Assembly: GCA_041651455.1 (NCBI GenBank)
Contig: JBAZJG010000006.1
Coordinates: forward strand, 25,409-89,408
From: Candidatus Omnitrophota bacterium
Lineage (GTDB): Bacteria > Omnitrophota > Gorgyraeia > Pluralincolimonadales > Pluralincolimonadaceae
Direction of reading: 5' to 3'
Length of the DNA stretch: 64,000 nt
The notes under the pieces were generated by a model that saw only the letters and a program-made list of their open reading frames with translations, searched no databases and had not been told where the DNA came from. Of the stretch, positions 10,378 through 20,490 are shown piece after piece. The translations under genes were made by a program, and so were the position numbers. Each line of letters begins with the position of its first letter. Position 1 is the stretch's first letter.

Positions 10378-11912
10378 TTTTTCCGCCTCAAATTGATATA
10401 ATTATAGATTGAATAAAGGGTTAAGTCAAACAAAAAAACCCCGGCACATACCAAGGCGAAGAGGTCGCCGTATCTAATGTACGGCGTACGGCTCCTCGCC
10501 GGTACTATATTGGCTGTCGCGAAACCGTCCGTGAATATCTTCTTGCCTGAGGCGTCCTGGACGCTCTGAGTTATCCTTCCGTTCCGGTCTATGAAACACG
10601 ACTGCCCGGTATTCGCGGCCCTAACGACATTGAGACGGTTCTCCACCGCGCGGAACACCGACGACTGCGTATGCTGGAAAGGCGCGCCGGTATCCATATA
10701 CCACGCGTCGTTCGTTATGACCACGAGGAACTCCGCGCCCCGCCTCGCAAAACTCCTCGAAAGTTCCGGGAAGACGTCCTCGAAACAGATAAGCACGCCG
10801 AATTTAACGCGGCCCCTCTTCTGTGTCGGTATCTCGAATACCGTGTAATCCTTGCCCGGCGAATAATCTTCGCCCATGTCGTAACGCTTCTTTATGAACG
10901 AAAGGTAAGAGTTGCCGAACGGCACGTATTCCCCGAACGGCACGAGGTGGACCTTGTCGTAGCGCTGTACCAGCTCTCCCGTATTCGATATCAGCACCGC
11001 GCTGTTGTAATAGCGCACGCCCTCAGGCACCTTCTCCGTCTGGGTCCCGACGAGGATATAGGAATCCACCTCTTTCGCGAGCGCCGTTATCCTGTCGCGC
11101 AGCCCTTTCTCAGTCTCGAGGAACCCCGGCACTGATGTCTCGGGCCAGACGATGAGGTCGGGACCATCCTTCGCCGCCTCTTTGGTCAGCGCGATATATT
11201 TGTCGAGTATGCTTCCGGCGAATTTCTCGTCCCATTTCTGCGACTGCGGGATATTTCCCTGTATGACCGACACCTTTACCGGCTCGCCCGCGTTCCGGAT
11301 ATCCTGGACATGATAACCGTATATCATGACCGCTATCATTATTATGACCAGGAGCGCCAAATACCTCGCTTCGGGCTTTTGCCCTTTTATCTTTTTCTTT
11401 ATCTTCGACGATATGATGACGTTCGTGAATATGGCCAGGAACGAGACGCCGTACGCGCCGAAAGTGTCGGCGATCTGTATCATCGGCAGCGTCTCCCACT
11501 GCGTATGGCCCAGGAGCGCCCATCCGAAACCCGTGAAGATGTTGCTCCTGAGGAACTCGATCGCGACCCAGAGGCAGCTGACCAGCAGGGCGAACCTCAG
11601 GCGCGGCTTCGGGAACTGCATCGAAAGCATCTCCGTGCCCAGCGCGAAGAGCCCGAAGAAGACCGCGAGGTAAAGCGTCAGTATTATGATGCCTATTATC
11701 GCGACATACCCGAGCCAGTAGAGCGTGGCGGCGAAGAACAGAAGGCCCGTTATGTAGCCGGTGAAAAACGCCTGCAACGGGCGTTCGCCGCGGATCGCTA
11801 TCAGCATCGGCACGAGCGCGAACCACGCGATATACGACACGTTGAACGCCGGATAAGAGAGCGTCAGCAGTAATGCCGACAATACCGGAAGATATACTAA
11901 GCGCCGCAGCAT
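10365..11912 (-). CDS. lnt: Apolipoprotein N-acyltransferase
   Basis: 515 aa. Multi-TM N-terminus followed by a CN-hydrolase domain ([10 protein letters not shown]..., ICFEDVFPE). Confidence 0.85.
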   Translation of the reverse strand: MLRRLVYLPVLSALLLTLSYPAFNVSYIAWFALVPMLIAIRGERPLQAFFTGYITGLLFFAATLYWLGYVAIIGIIILTLYLAVFFGLFALGTEMLSMQFPKPRLRFALLVSCLWVAIEFLRSNIFTGFGWALLGHTQWETLPMIQIADTFGAYGVSFLAIFTNVIISSKIKKKIKGQKPEARYLALLVIIMIAVMIYGYHVQDIRNAGEPVKVSVIQGNIPQSQKWDEKFAGSILDKYIALTKEAAKDGPDLIVWPETSVPGFLETEKGLRDRITALAKEVDSYILVGTQTEKVPEGVRYYNSAVLISNTGELVQRYDKVHLVPFGEYVPFGNSYLSFIKKRYDMGEDYSPGKDYTVFEIPTQKRGRVKFGVLICFEDVFPELSRSFARRGAEFLVVITNDAWYMDTGAPFQHTQSSVFRAVENRLNVVRAANTGQSCFIDRNGRITQSVQDASGKKIFTDGFATANIVPARSRTPYIRYGDLFALVCAGVFLFDLTLYSIYNYINLRRKNWKK

Positions 11913-14722
11913 TTTTTATATTTCTTTCCGCTTCCGCACGGGCAGGGGTCGTTCCTGCCGACCTTCGGAGCATCTCTTTCAATAGGCACCTGCCTGGCAT
12001 CCTGGGGCGATGCCTCGGGAAGCTGCCCGCCATGTTCGGCCTCGGGCCGTTGCCCAGCCGCAGTCTGGGCAATTCTCGACGCGAGCGAGCCCATGTCGCG
12101 GTGTATCATCTGCTGCGGCACGGAATCGAAGACGCCCTTCGGTTTCTCCTGGCTTACGACCTGCACCCTGAAGATCAGCTCGAGCGCGTCATCCTGTATG
12201 CTGTTCATCATCTGCTCGAACATCGCGAAACCCTCGTTCTTGTATTCTATAAGCGGGTCCACCTGCCCGTACGCGCGCAGGCCTATGCCTTCCTTGAGGC
12301 CGTCCATCGCGTAGAGGTGTTCCTTCCATTTCGAATCTATCATATCGAGCAATATCGTCTTTTCTATGCGGCGCGCGACGTCCGCGCCGAGCACGAACTC
12401 CCTCTTCTCGTAATGCTTATTGATTATCCCGAGAAGCGCCTCCCTTGCCTGTTCGCGCGAACCCTTGAACAGCTCATCACGCCCGGCCGTGCCTGCGGCT
12501 AAAGCTATGCCGAGTTTCCCGCGGAACCATTCGTCGAGGCCTTTGAAGTCCCATTCGTCGGCGTGGAGCTTCTCTTCCATGAAGCGGCCCATCGCGCCGT
12601 CGAGGCCGTTCTCGACCGCCGCGGCGACGTATTCGCGAAGGTCCTTGCCCTCGAGAACTGAGCGCCTTTCGGCGTAGATGACCTCCCTCTGCTTGTTCAT
12701 GACGTTATCGTACTCGAGAAGCTGCTTCCTGATCTCGAAGTTGTGCGCTTCGACGCGCTTCTGCGCGGTCTCGATAGATCTCGACACTATCGGGTGCTCT
12801 ATCGGCTGGCCTTCTTCCATGCCGAGCTTTTCCATGATGAACTTTATCCTGTCGGAGCCGAATATCCTCATGAGGTCGTCCTCGAGCGAGAGGTAGAACC
12901 TCGACGAGCCGGGGTCTCCCTGGCGCCCGCAGCGGCCGCGCAGCTGGTTGTCTATGCGGCGCGCCTCGTGGCGCTCGGTCCCGAGCACGTGCAGGCCGCC
13001 CGCCTTTACCACCTCGTTATGCTCGGCCTCGACCTTCGACTTGAACTTCGAGAGCATCTCGACTTTTTCTTTCGGATCTATGTCCTTCGGCTCGATGCCC
13101 TTCTGCTTGAAATAATCCAGCGCCATATATTCGGGGTTTCCGCCGAGCAGGATATCGGTCCCGCGGCCGGCCATGTTCGTGGCTATCGTCACGGCCTTGT
13201 AGCGGCCTGCCTGCGCGATGATGCTCGCTTCCATCTCGTGGTATTTCGCGTTCAGGACCTGGTGCGGTATGCCGCGGCGCTGGAGCATATGGCTAAGGCG
13301 CTCGGACTTCTCTATCGATATCGTGCCGACCAGCACCGGCTGGCCCTTCTCGTATAATTGCGCTATCTCGTTGGCCGCGGCCTCGAACTTCTCCTTCTCG
13401 GTCTTGTATATCGAATCGGGGTAGCTCTTCCTGACGAGCGGCTTGTTCGTCGGGACGACGACCACGTCGAGCTTGTATATCTGGCTGAACTCGTTCGCCT
13501 CGGTCGCGGCGGTGCCGGTCATGCCGGCGAGCTTGTCGAACATCCTGAAATAGTTCTGGAACGTGATGGTCGCGAGCGTCTGGTTCTCGCGCTCTATCTT
13601 CACGCCTTCCTTCGCCTCGACCGCCTGGTGGAGTCCGTCGGACCACCTGCGTCCCGGCATCAGGCGACCGGTGAACTCGTCGACTATTATGACCTCGCCG
13701 TCCTTGATGACGTATTCGACGTCGAGCTTGTAAAGTTCCTTCGCGAGCAACGCCTTCTCGACGCAGTGCCTCTCCTCGGCGAACTCCATCGAGTGCATGT
13801 CCTTGATGCCCCACGCCTTGACGACCTTCGCCTCGCCCTGCTCGGTCAGATAGACCGCGTGGCTCTTCTCGTCGACTATGTAATCGCCGGTCTCCTCTTT
13901 CGTCTCCTGGTCCTTTTCGCCCTTCTGCAGGCCCCTGACGATATCGGCGGCCCTGTAATATTTTTCGGTGGATTCCTCGGCCGGGCCGGATATGATAAGC
14001 GGCGTCCTCGCCTCATCGACGAGTATCGAGTCGACCTCATCGACGATGGAATAATGCAGGTTGCGCTGGACCATGTCCTCGAGCCGGTACTTCATGTTAT
14101 CGCGCAGGTAATCGAAACCGAATTCGTTGTTCGTGCCGTACGTTATGTCGCTGCGGTAAGCGGCCTGGCGGTCCCTGTCGTTCATGTCGTGCTGTATCAT
14201 GCCGACGGTCAGCCCGAGGAACTCGAATATCGGGCCCATCCAGTACCTGTCGCGTTTCGCGAGGTAATCGTTGACCGTGACTATGTGCACGCCGAGGCCC
14301 GTGAGCGCGTTCAGGTAAGCCGGCAGCGTCGCGACGAGCGTCTTTCCTTCGCCGGTCGTCATCTCCGCGATCTTGCCCTCGTGCAGCACCATGCCGCCCA
14401 GGAGCTGGACGTCGAAATGGCGCATGCCCGTCGTCCTCCTGCTCGCCTCGCGCACGACGGCGAACGCCTCGGGCAGTATCTCCTCGAGGGCATCCATCTC
14501 GAGCTTGCGCCTTTCGTCCTTGCCCATCGAGGCGAGGTCCTGGCCCTTGAACTTATCCTTGAGCCGCGCGCGGTATTCGTCCGTCTTCGCGCGCAGCTGG
14601 TCGTCCGATAATTTTGAGACCTTCTCCTCGAAGGAATTGACCAGCGCGACCTTCGGCCTCAGCCGCTTGATCTCCCTGTCGTTATGCGTGCCTATTACCG
14701 CCGAAAAAATATTACCGATCAT
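11897..14722 (-). CDS. secA: Preprotein translocase ATPase SecA
   Basis: 941 aa. DEAD-like motor motifs and C-terminal zinc-binding tail [14 protein letters not shown]. Confidence 0.95.
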   Translation of the reverse strand: MIGNIFSAVIGTHNDREIKRLRPKVALVNSFEEKVSKLSDDQLRAKTDEYRARLKDKFKGQDLASMGKDERRKLEMDALEEILPEAFAVVREASRRTTGMRHFDVQLLGGMVLHEGKIAEMTTGEGKTLVATLPAYLNALTGLGVHIVTVNDYLAKRDRYWMGPIFEFLGLTVGMIQHDMNDRDRQAAYRSDITYGTNNEFGFDYLRDNMKYRLEDMVQRNLHYSIVDEVDSILVDEARTPLIISGPAEESTEKYYRAADIVRGLQKGEKDQETKEETGDYIVDEKSHAVYLTEQGEAKVVKAWGIKDMHSMEFAEERHCVEKALLAKELYKLDVEYVIKDGEVIIVDEFTGRLMPGRRWSDGLHQAVEAKEGVKIERENQTLATITFQNYFRMFDKLAGMTGTAATEANEFSQIYKLDVVVVPTNKPLVRKSYPDSIYKTEKEKFEAAANEIAQLYEKGQPVLVGTISIEKSERLSHMLQRRGIPHQVLNAKYHEMEASIIAQAGRYKAVTIATNMAGRGTDILLGGNPEYMALDYFKQKGIEPKDIDPKEKVEMLSKFKSKVEAEHNEVVKAGGLHVLGTERHEARRIDNQLRGRCGRQGDPGSSRFYLSLEDDLMRIFGSDRIKFIMEKLGMEEGQPIEHPIVSRSIETAQKRVEAHNFEIRKQLLEYDNVMNKQREVIYAERRSVLEGKDLREYVAAAVENGLDGAMGRFMEEKLHADEWDFKGLDEWFRGKLGIALAAGTAGRDELFKGSREQAREALLGIINKHYEKREFVLGADVARRIEKTILLDMIDSKWKEHLYAMDGLKEGIGLRAYGQVDPLIEYKNEGFAMFEQMMNSIQDDALELIFRVQVVSQEKPKGVFDSVPQQMIHRDMGSLASRIAQTAAGQRPEAEHGGQLPEASPQDARQVPIERDAPKVGRNDPCPCGSGKKYKKCCGA

Positions 14723-14736
14723 TACGGAGCCATCCT

Positions 14737-15853
14737 CTAGGGGGACACCCTGTTATTTTTACCTGCCGACCATTTTACGTATGCTTCTATCAATTCGTCG
14801 AGTTCGCCGTCAAGCACCTGGTTCGCTTTTCCCGTCTCGAATTCCGTCCTGTGGTCCTTGACCATCATATACGGGTGCAGCACGTAAGAGCGTATCTGGC
14901 TGCCCCACTCTATCTTCTGCTTCTCCGAATACATCGACTTGAGTTTCTCTTCCTGCTCCTGCTGCCTCTTCTCGAAGAGCCGCGCCTTTAGGACCTTCAT
15001 CGCCGAATGCTTGTTCTTCAGCTGGGAGCGCTCGTTCTGGCACTGCACGACGAGCCCCGTCGGTATATGCGTTATCCTGACGGCGGAGTCGGTCGTGTTG
15101 ACGCCCTGGCCTCCCGGCCCCGACGCGCGGTAGACGTCTATCCGCAGCTCTTTCTCGTCGACCTGTATGTCTATGTCGTCCTCGACCTCGGGGATCACAT
15201 CCACCGACGCAAAAGACGTGTGGCGCCTCTTGTTCGAATCGAACGGCGATATCCTGACGAGCCGGTGGACGCCGCGCTCGGACTTGAGATAACCGAACGC
15301 GTAATCTCCCTTCACGAGCATCGTGACGTTCTTCACGCCCGCTTCTTCGCCCGCGAGATAGTCGAGAACTTCCACCTTATAGCCCCTGTTCTGCGCGTAG
15401 CGGACATACATGCGGAAGAGCATCGCGGCCCAGTCGCACGACTCGGTGCCTCCGGCGCCCGCGTTTATCGACAGTATCGCCGCGGACTTGTCGTGCTCGC
15501 CCGAGAATAAAGCGGTAAATTCTATGCCAGCTATCTTCTTCGCGAGGTTTTCGAGGTCGCTCAAAAGCTGGGATACCGAGGCGCTGTCGGACGGCTCCGT
15601 TATGCCCGCGAGCCCGGCGAGGTCATCAAGCTCCCTGGCGGATGCCTCCCACGGCTCAAGCTTCGCCTTAAGGGATTTCATCTCCTGGATGGTCTTGTTG
15701 GCCTTCTGCTGGTCGTCCCAGAAACCCGGGGCGGCCATCCGCTCTTCGTATTCCTTTATCTTCTTCCCGGCGGTATCGAGGTCAAAGATACCTCCGCAGG
15801 TTGGCGAGCGTGGTTTTGGCTTCTTCTATCTTCTTTTTCAGATCTTCTAACAT
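14737..15853 (-). CDS. prfB: Peptide chain release factor 2, requires +1 programmed ribosomal frameshift
   Basis: ORF track gives only 14737..15738 (MAAPGFWDD..., SPF motif, GGQ motif). Upstream on the minus strand, ATG at 15853 encodes [23 protein letters not shown] then in-frame TGA. The site CTT TGA C is preceded by GGAGG, and the +1 frame reads [22 protein letters not shown], colinear with E. coli RF2. Confidence 0.85.
15781..15796 (-). promoter_or_regulatory. prfB: RF2 +1 programmed frameshift site (CTT TGA C) with upstream internal SD-like GGAGG
   Basis: Reverse-complement of 15781..15796 reads GGAGG TAT CTT TGA C. This is the canonical autoregulatory RF2 shift site. Confidence 0.8.
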
Positions 15854-15879
15854 GGGAAAATTATACCAATTCGGGGGGC

Positions 15880-16308
15880 TTAAAACAAGGACAATAAATC
15901 GCTTTTTCCGGCTTTGACCGTCGCGCCGGGGGCTATGCCGTTCTTCGCGAACCATCCGCGGTTGGCCTCGAGCGCGAAGCGGATTTGGCGGGATGCCGAG
16001 ATGACGGGCGTTTCGTCCATCGGCTCCATATCGCGGATCTCGAGGATGACACCCGCGCTGTCTATGAACGCGACCGACAACGGAATGCGCGTGTCTTTCA
16101 TGTACATCATCATCTGCTGCGGCTCCCTGTAAAGGAAGAGCATCCCCTCGTCTTCCCCGAGTTCCCGGCGGTACATAAGGCCCGTCTCCTTCTGCGCCTG
16201 TGTCCTGGCGAGCTCGGCTTTAAGGGCCTTTGGGCCTATCTGCAGGATGGCTATCGGGAGCCCGGCAGAGAATACTTTGCACGGCAGGAGCATTGCGGAA
16301 GCGAGCAC
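15880..16308 (-). CDS. DUF192 domain protein
   Basis: 142 aa. Signal-like N-terminus. Pattern RIPLSVAFIDSAGVILEIRDMEP is typical of DUF192/COG1430. Confidence 0.5.
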   Translation of the reverse strand: MLASAMLLPCKVFSAGLPIAILQIGPKALKAELARTQAQKETGLMYRRELGEDEGMLFLYREPQQMMMYMKDTRIPLSVAFIDSAGVILEIRDMEPMDETPVISASRQIRFALEANRGWFAKNGIAPGATVKAGKSDLLSLF

Positions 16309-16376
16309 AAACAGGGCAAGCCAGCGCTGGAGTGAAATGTTCGGCGTTCTAATATAATATCTTCTAATAGGTAATC

Positions 16377-17477
16377 CTAAAATGAAACGCTTTTTGTTTT
16401 GGTTTTAAGCTTATTGGCTTCTTGCTCGTATTTCTTTGCTTCTTCGATTTTTCCCATTTTCTTGTACATTATAGATAAATGTTCAAAAAGGAACCTTAAA
16501 TATTGACGTCGATCAATTTTACTATTTTCTAATATTTTCTGTGCCCTCAAGTACGACTCCTCTGCTTCCTTAAATCTTCCTCTTACCGAATAAAATCCCC
16601 CTAATGATTCTAGAGAATCGGCCAATTCCGTTTCGGCTTCTATAGTTGCATCTTCGCTGATTTTTAATATCTTTTTTCTATATATTTCTACCTGTTCATA
16701 GTTTCCTTTAAAATAATTAATTTCTGCCATTTTCTCCAGATATTTATTAGTCTTAATGTTATCCCTCCCATATATTTCTTCGCTTAATTGTAACGCTTCT
16801 TCGCAAACAGGTTTTGCTTGGTCATATTTGCTTCGCATTAAATAAAATACTGACAACTCGTAAATCATCTGAAGCGTTTCCGGGTTTTTCGGGCCGCGTA
16901 ATTTCTCAGATAATTCAATTCTTTTCTTAAAAAGATTCTCACCTCGATTATAGTCGCCCTTATAATCGTAAATCTTTCCTAAACCTTCTAATATCTCTCT
17001 AATCTCCCCGTAGTTATCCTGAATATATTCATCTTTGCTCTCATAAATTTTAAGAGCTTTTTCATATAATGGCAATGCTTCGTCGTATTTCTTTTCATTA
17101 TGATAATTCCTTGCCATATAATACAAAATACTGGCTAGCTTAGGGTCACTTGAATCATAGGTATTTTCATATATTACCAGAGCTTTTCTGTATAGAGATT
17201 CGGCTTCTGCGTTTCTTCCCTGGTGATGGTATAGCAATGCGAGGGAATATAAAGCTCCTGCTATTTCCAAGTCTTTGGGTTTAAATTTCCCTTCTGCATA
17301 TTTTAATGCGTTTTCAGCTAATTCAATCCCTTTGGTATAATCTCCTTTCCAATAAGTATTATTTGCTTTAGCAAGCATTTCATCTAATTCTGTTGCATCT
17401 GAAGTTCTATCTGCATAAGCATAAGATACAAAGAACATTGTAAGCAAAGTGACGATTACTATTTTCATATACTTCAT
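16377..17477 (-). CDS. Secreted tetratricopeptide-repeat protein, inside the AT-rich island
   Basis: 366 aa. Signal peptide (cleavage after AYA), then about 7 TPR-like repeats (recurrent A..Y......G.Y..A...Y..AL motifs). GC content is far below the flanks. Confidence 0.6.
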   Translation of the reverse strand: MKYMKIVIVTLLTMFFVSYAYADRTSDATELDEMLAKANNTYWKGDYTKGIELAENALKYAEGKFKPKDLEIAGALYSLALLYHHQGRNAEAESLYRKALVIYENTYDSSDPKLASILYYMARNYHNEKKYDEALPLYEKALKIYESKDEYIQDNYGEIREILEGLGKIYDYKGDYNRGENLFKKRIELSEKLRGPKNPETLQMIYELSVFYLMRSKYDQAKPVCEEALQLSEEIYGRDNIKTNKYLEKMAEINYFKGNYEQVEIYRKKILKISEDATIEAETELADSLESLGGFYSVRGRFKEAEESYLRAQKILENSKIDRRQYLRFLFEHLSIMYKKMGKIEEAKKYEQEANKLKTKTKSVSF

Positions 17478-17562
17478 ACCGTTCTCCTTTTTTCGACGAA
17501 CGATTGAACTCAGCGGCCGAGCCTCCTATAGACATGCTGGCGCGGTCCGCTGGAGTGAAAGG

Positions 17563-18027
17563 TTATCTATATTTATATTTCTTATGCGCCTCATCAATAA
17601 CTTTATCGATTTTTTTGTCGGCCTCTTCTGAACTAATTCCGTCGAGCTTCATAATCATCTTCCTAGTTTTTACCATGGGTATTTCTAATGCAAAAGTATA
17701 AAATACTACGAGCAAAATAAACATACATGTTATTATGACGTAGGCTTTTGCAAGAATATTCTTATTCTTCATTATAAAGGGTAGCGCAATAGCCGCCGCT
17801 GAGCTTAAAACAATAATTGGTAGCAATAATAAAATATATTCTCTAATAAAATGGCTCAAAGAAATGCACATTGTAGTTGGTAGGGGCAACAGAACGCCAA
17901 TCACTGTGTAACGAAATGTGTAATCAGGCACTACCTTTAATAGAATATATAATCCTATTATTGCCGAGATGAGCATGGCGATCAGGGATATGGGGATGAT
18001 TATTTGAGATTTCTTTTCTTTATCCAT
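17563..18027 (-). CDS. Small polytopic membrane protein with charged C-terminal tail, inside the AT-rich island
   Basis: 154 aa. About 4 predicted TM helices, then a Lys/Asp/Glu-rich tail (SSEEADKKIDKVIDEAHKKYKYR). Low GC. Confidence 0.4.
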   Translation of the reverse strand: MDKEKKSQIIIPISLIAMLISAIIGLYILLKVVPDYTFRYTVIGVLLPLPTTMCISLSHFIREYILLLLPIIVLSSAAAIALPFIMKNKNILAKAYVIITCMFILLVVFYTFALEIPMVKTRKMIMKLDGISSEEADKKIDKVIDEAHKKYKYR

Positions 18028-18127
18028 TTTTTATCCTATTTTTACTAGATAACATATAATATACGAATTCGTAGTTTACGGGTTTTTGTACTGCCCTAAT
18101 GTCATTATAAGGCCTAAAATAGAAAGC

Positions 18128-18562
18128 TCACTCCAATTCCTGCCCCAGGTATATCGACGAGCGCGGGGCATGATACGCCAGCATCGCGAGCGAAAACCCG
18201 GCGAAATAAAGCATGTCCTTGATAAAATACCCGTTGAAACGCAGGACGAGCCCGAATATCGCTATGGCCTCCGACAGCGCCCATACGGCAACAAAAACGG
18301 TCAGGGTCCTCTTTATCTCCTCCGGGCTGCCGGGCTTCAGCTTCCCTTTCCTGAGCAGGTCCGTCAGGGCAAATTTCCTCATGGCAACCGATACAACGGC
18401 CATCGCGGCGGATTCGGCGGCGAAGATGGCCATCAGCGGCTTTGGCGCCACCCCTACCTCAGGCATATAGTTGACGGTGACTGTGCATGCTATAAGAAGA
18501 TATAAAAATATGGCCATGACAAACGACGCCCATATTACCCAGAGCATAATGCCGCGGTTCAT
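18128..18562 (-). CDS. Hypothetical membrane protein
   Basis: 144 aa. 4 hydrophobic segments. Overlaps the response-regulator gene by 4 nt. Confidence 0.4.
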   Translation of the reverse strand: MNRGIMLWVIWASFVMAIFLYLLIACTVTVNYMPEVGVAPKPLMAIFAAESAAMAVVSVAMRKFALTDLLRKGKLKPGSPEEIKRTLTVFVAVWALSEAIAIFGLVLRFNGYFIKDMLYFAGFSLAMLAYHAPRSSIYLGQELE

Positions 18563-18939
18563 TCCTTCTCCTTGAACGACAGCACCTTGCGTATCTCCTG
18601 TTTGACCTGCTCGAGGTCGAACGGCTTGGTGAGATAGCCGACTACGCCGAGGTTGTAAGCTTTCTTTATATCGGTATACCCGCCGAGCGCGGAGATGATG
18701 ACTATCGGTATGGCCTGCGTTACGGGGTCCCTGTTCAGCATCTGGCAGACCTCGAACCCGCCGACATCCGGCATCATCAAATCGAGCAGTATCAGGTCGG
18801 GCCCGAAGAGCCGGACTTTCTCGACCACATTCTTCGCGTCATTGAACGCCTCGACCTGGAACTCGCCGCCGGCTTCCAAACTCTTCTTCAGGAAGAACGC
18901 GAAATCCGCCTCGTCGTCGATTATGAGGATCTTATTCAT
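18559..18939 (-). CDS. Stand-alone response-regulator receiver (CheY-like) protein
   Basis: 126 aa. ILIIDDE acidic pocket, LILLDLMMPD phospho-acceptor Asp, conserved Thr/Lys region. No output domain. Confidence 0.8.
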   Translation of the reverse strand: MNKILIIDDEADFAFFLKKSLEAGGEFQVEAFNDAKNVVEKVRLFGPDLILLDLMMPDVGGFEVCQMLNRDPVTQAIPIVIISALGGYTDIKKAYNLGVVGYLTKPFDLEQVKQEIRKVLSFKEKE

Positions 18940-19253
18940 ATGCTCCCTTCCTTTTCAAGTGATAATAACAGCCTCTTCAGGGGGATGCCGTAAGCGTAAC
19001 CGCCTATATCGCCGTCGGAGGCGACGATGCGGTGGCAGGGTATTATAAGAGGCCATGGGTTGCGGTGGAGCGCCTGCGCTACGGCGCGTGTTGCCTTTGG
19101 ATTGCCGATCTTTCCGGCGACCCACGCGTATGTGCGCGTTTCGCCGGATGGTATCTTCATTATGCATTCGTAGACGCTTATCTCGAACGCGGTGCACCCG
19201 TCAAACAGGGCGGACTTTTTTGCGGACTGTGCCTTTCCTTTTTCTTGTTTCAC
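18936..19253 (-). CDS. Single-domain O6-alkylguanine-DNA alkyltransferase (MGMT C-terminal catalytic/DNA-binding domain only)
   Basis: 105 aa. Active-site motif IPCHRIV plus the wHTH region (TRTYAWVAGKIGNPKATRAVAQAL). No Ogt N-terminal domain. Confidence 0.7.
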   Translation of the reverse strand: MKQEKGKAQSAKKSALFDGCTAFEISVYECIMKIPSGETRTYAWVAGKIGNPKATRAVAQALHRNPWPLIIPCHRIVASDGDIGGYAYGIPLKRLLLSLEKEGSI

Positions 19254-20490
19254 CTACCAGCGCCTTTCGCCTTAATATATGGTGGTACCTTATCGCGAAC
19301 CTGTGCGATTCATCGCGGACCCGCTGGATAAGCTGCAGCGCTTTCGATGAAGGCGGCAGCGCTATCGGCAAAGTCCTATCCAAAGTATATATGTGCTCAA
19401 ACACTTTTGCAAGCCCTATCATCGGGATATTCCCCAAACCGAGCGCTTTCGTCTCGATCGCGGCGGAAGAGAGGTGCCCGCGCCCGCCGTCTATCAGTAT
19501 GAGGTCCGGCAGCGCGTCGCCGCGTTTCAGTACCCCGCTGTAACGGCGGCGGACTATCTCGCGCATCATCGCGTAGTCGTCCTGCCCTTCCACCTCTTTT
19601 ATCCTGAACATCCTGTAATTCGGCTTGTCCGGGCGGCCGTCCCTGAACGAGACCATCGAGCCGCAGGCGCTCTCACCCTTGATGTTCGAGATGTCGAACG
19701 CCTCTATCCGCCACGGCAGCGACTTCATCCCGAGGACCTCTGCCAGTTCGGAGAGCCCCTGCGCGCCCGACGCGGCCCCCGGCCTCTTATGGACCGCCGT
19801 GCTAAGCGCCTCTATCTGGTTGCGGGCCTCCGCCGCTTCCTCGAACCGCTTATCGGCGGAATATTCCTTCATCCTGGCGGTCAGCCGCTTGATAAGCTCG
19901 CCCTTCTTCCCCTCGATGAAGAGTATCACGTCCTTGATCCTGCCGGCGTAATCCTCTTTCGATATCTTCCCCTCGCACGGCGCGGAACAAAGCCCGAGGT
20001 CGTCGTAGACGCACGCCCTCTTGGGTAATTTAATACACGTCCGGAACATGAATATGCGGCGTATTGCCTTGACCGCCTCATGCAAAAGCGCCGCGTCGGT
20101 ATACGGCCCGAAATATATCGAGCCGTCGCTCTTTTTGCCGCGCGCTACCATCACGCGCGGGAAGTCGTCGGACATGGTTATCTTGATGAGCGGGTATGTC
20201 TTGCTGTCACGGAGTTCGACGTTGTATTTCGGCTGGTATTCCTTGATGAGGTTGGATTCGTAGAGCAGCGCCTCGGCTTCCGTAGCGGTCGTAACAATAC
20301 TTATGTCGCGTATCTTCCCTACAAGCGCTTCTATCCTCGGGCCGTGGTCTTTCGAGCGCTGGAAATACGAGCGGACCCTGTTGCGCAGCGAGGATGCCTT
20401 GCCGACGTACAGGACCTTCCCGTCGCCGTCCTTGAATATATAGACGCCCGGCTGCAGCGGGAGGCCGCTTACCTTCTCCTTGAGATCCAT
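19201..20490 (-). CDS. uvrC: UvrC-like excinuclease lacking the C-terminal (HhH)2 domain
   Basis: 429 aa. GIY-YIG nuclease (GVYIFKDGDGKVLYVGKASSLRNRVRSYF), UVR motif, Endo-V-like region (ILIDGGRGHL ... RVRDESHRFAI), then terminates. The 3' end overlaps the MGMT gene by 53 nt in another frame. Confidence 0.7.
   Translation of the reverse strand: MDLKEKVSGLPLQPGVYIFKDGDGKVLYVGKASSLRNRVRSYFQRSKDHGPRIEALVGKIRDISIVTTATEAEALLYESNLIKEYQPKYNVELRDSKTYPLIKITMSDDFPRVMVARGKKSDGSIYFGPYTDAALLHEAVKAIRRIFMFRTCIKLPKRACVYDDLGLCSAPCEGKISKEDYAGRIKDVILFIEGKKGELIKRLTARMKEYSADKRFEEAAEARNQIEALSTAVHKRPGAASGAQGLSELAEVLGMKSLPWRIEAFDISNIKGESACGSMVSFRDGRPDKPNYRMFRIKEVEGQDDYAMMREIVRRRYSGVLKRGDALPDLILIDGGRGHLSSAAIETKALGLGNIPMIGLAKVFEHIYTLDRTLPIALPPSSKALQLIQRVRDESHRFAIRYHHILRRKALVGETRKRKGTVRKKVRPV

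Noticed and set aside
15855-15877. TTATACCAA near the prfB start resembling half of the ACWGG-N2-GTATACCA motif
   Set aside because: Lacks the upstream TGG at the correct spacing and is not GTATACC. Probably chance.
18086-18505. 139-aa plus-strand ORF in the membrane-protein region
   Set aside because: Antisense to a hydrophobic 144-aa membrane protein ORF with better coding features. No motifs.
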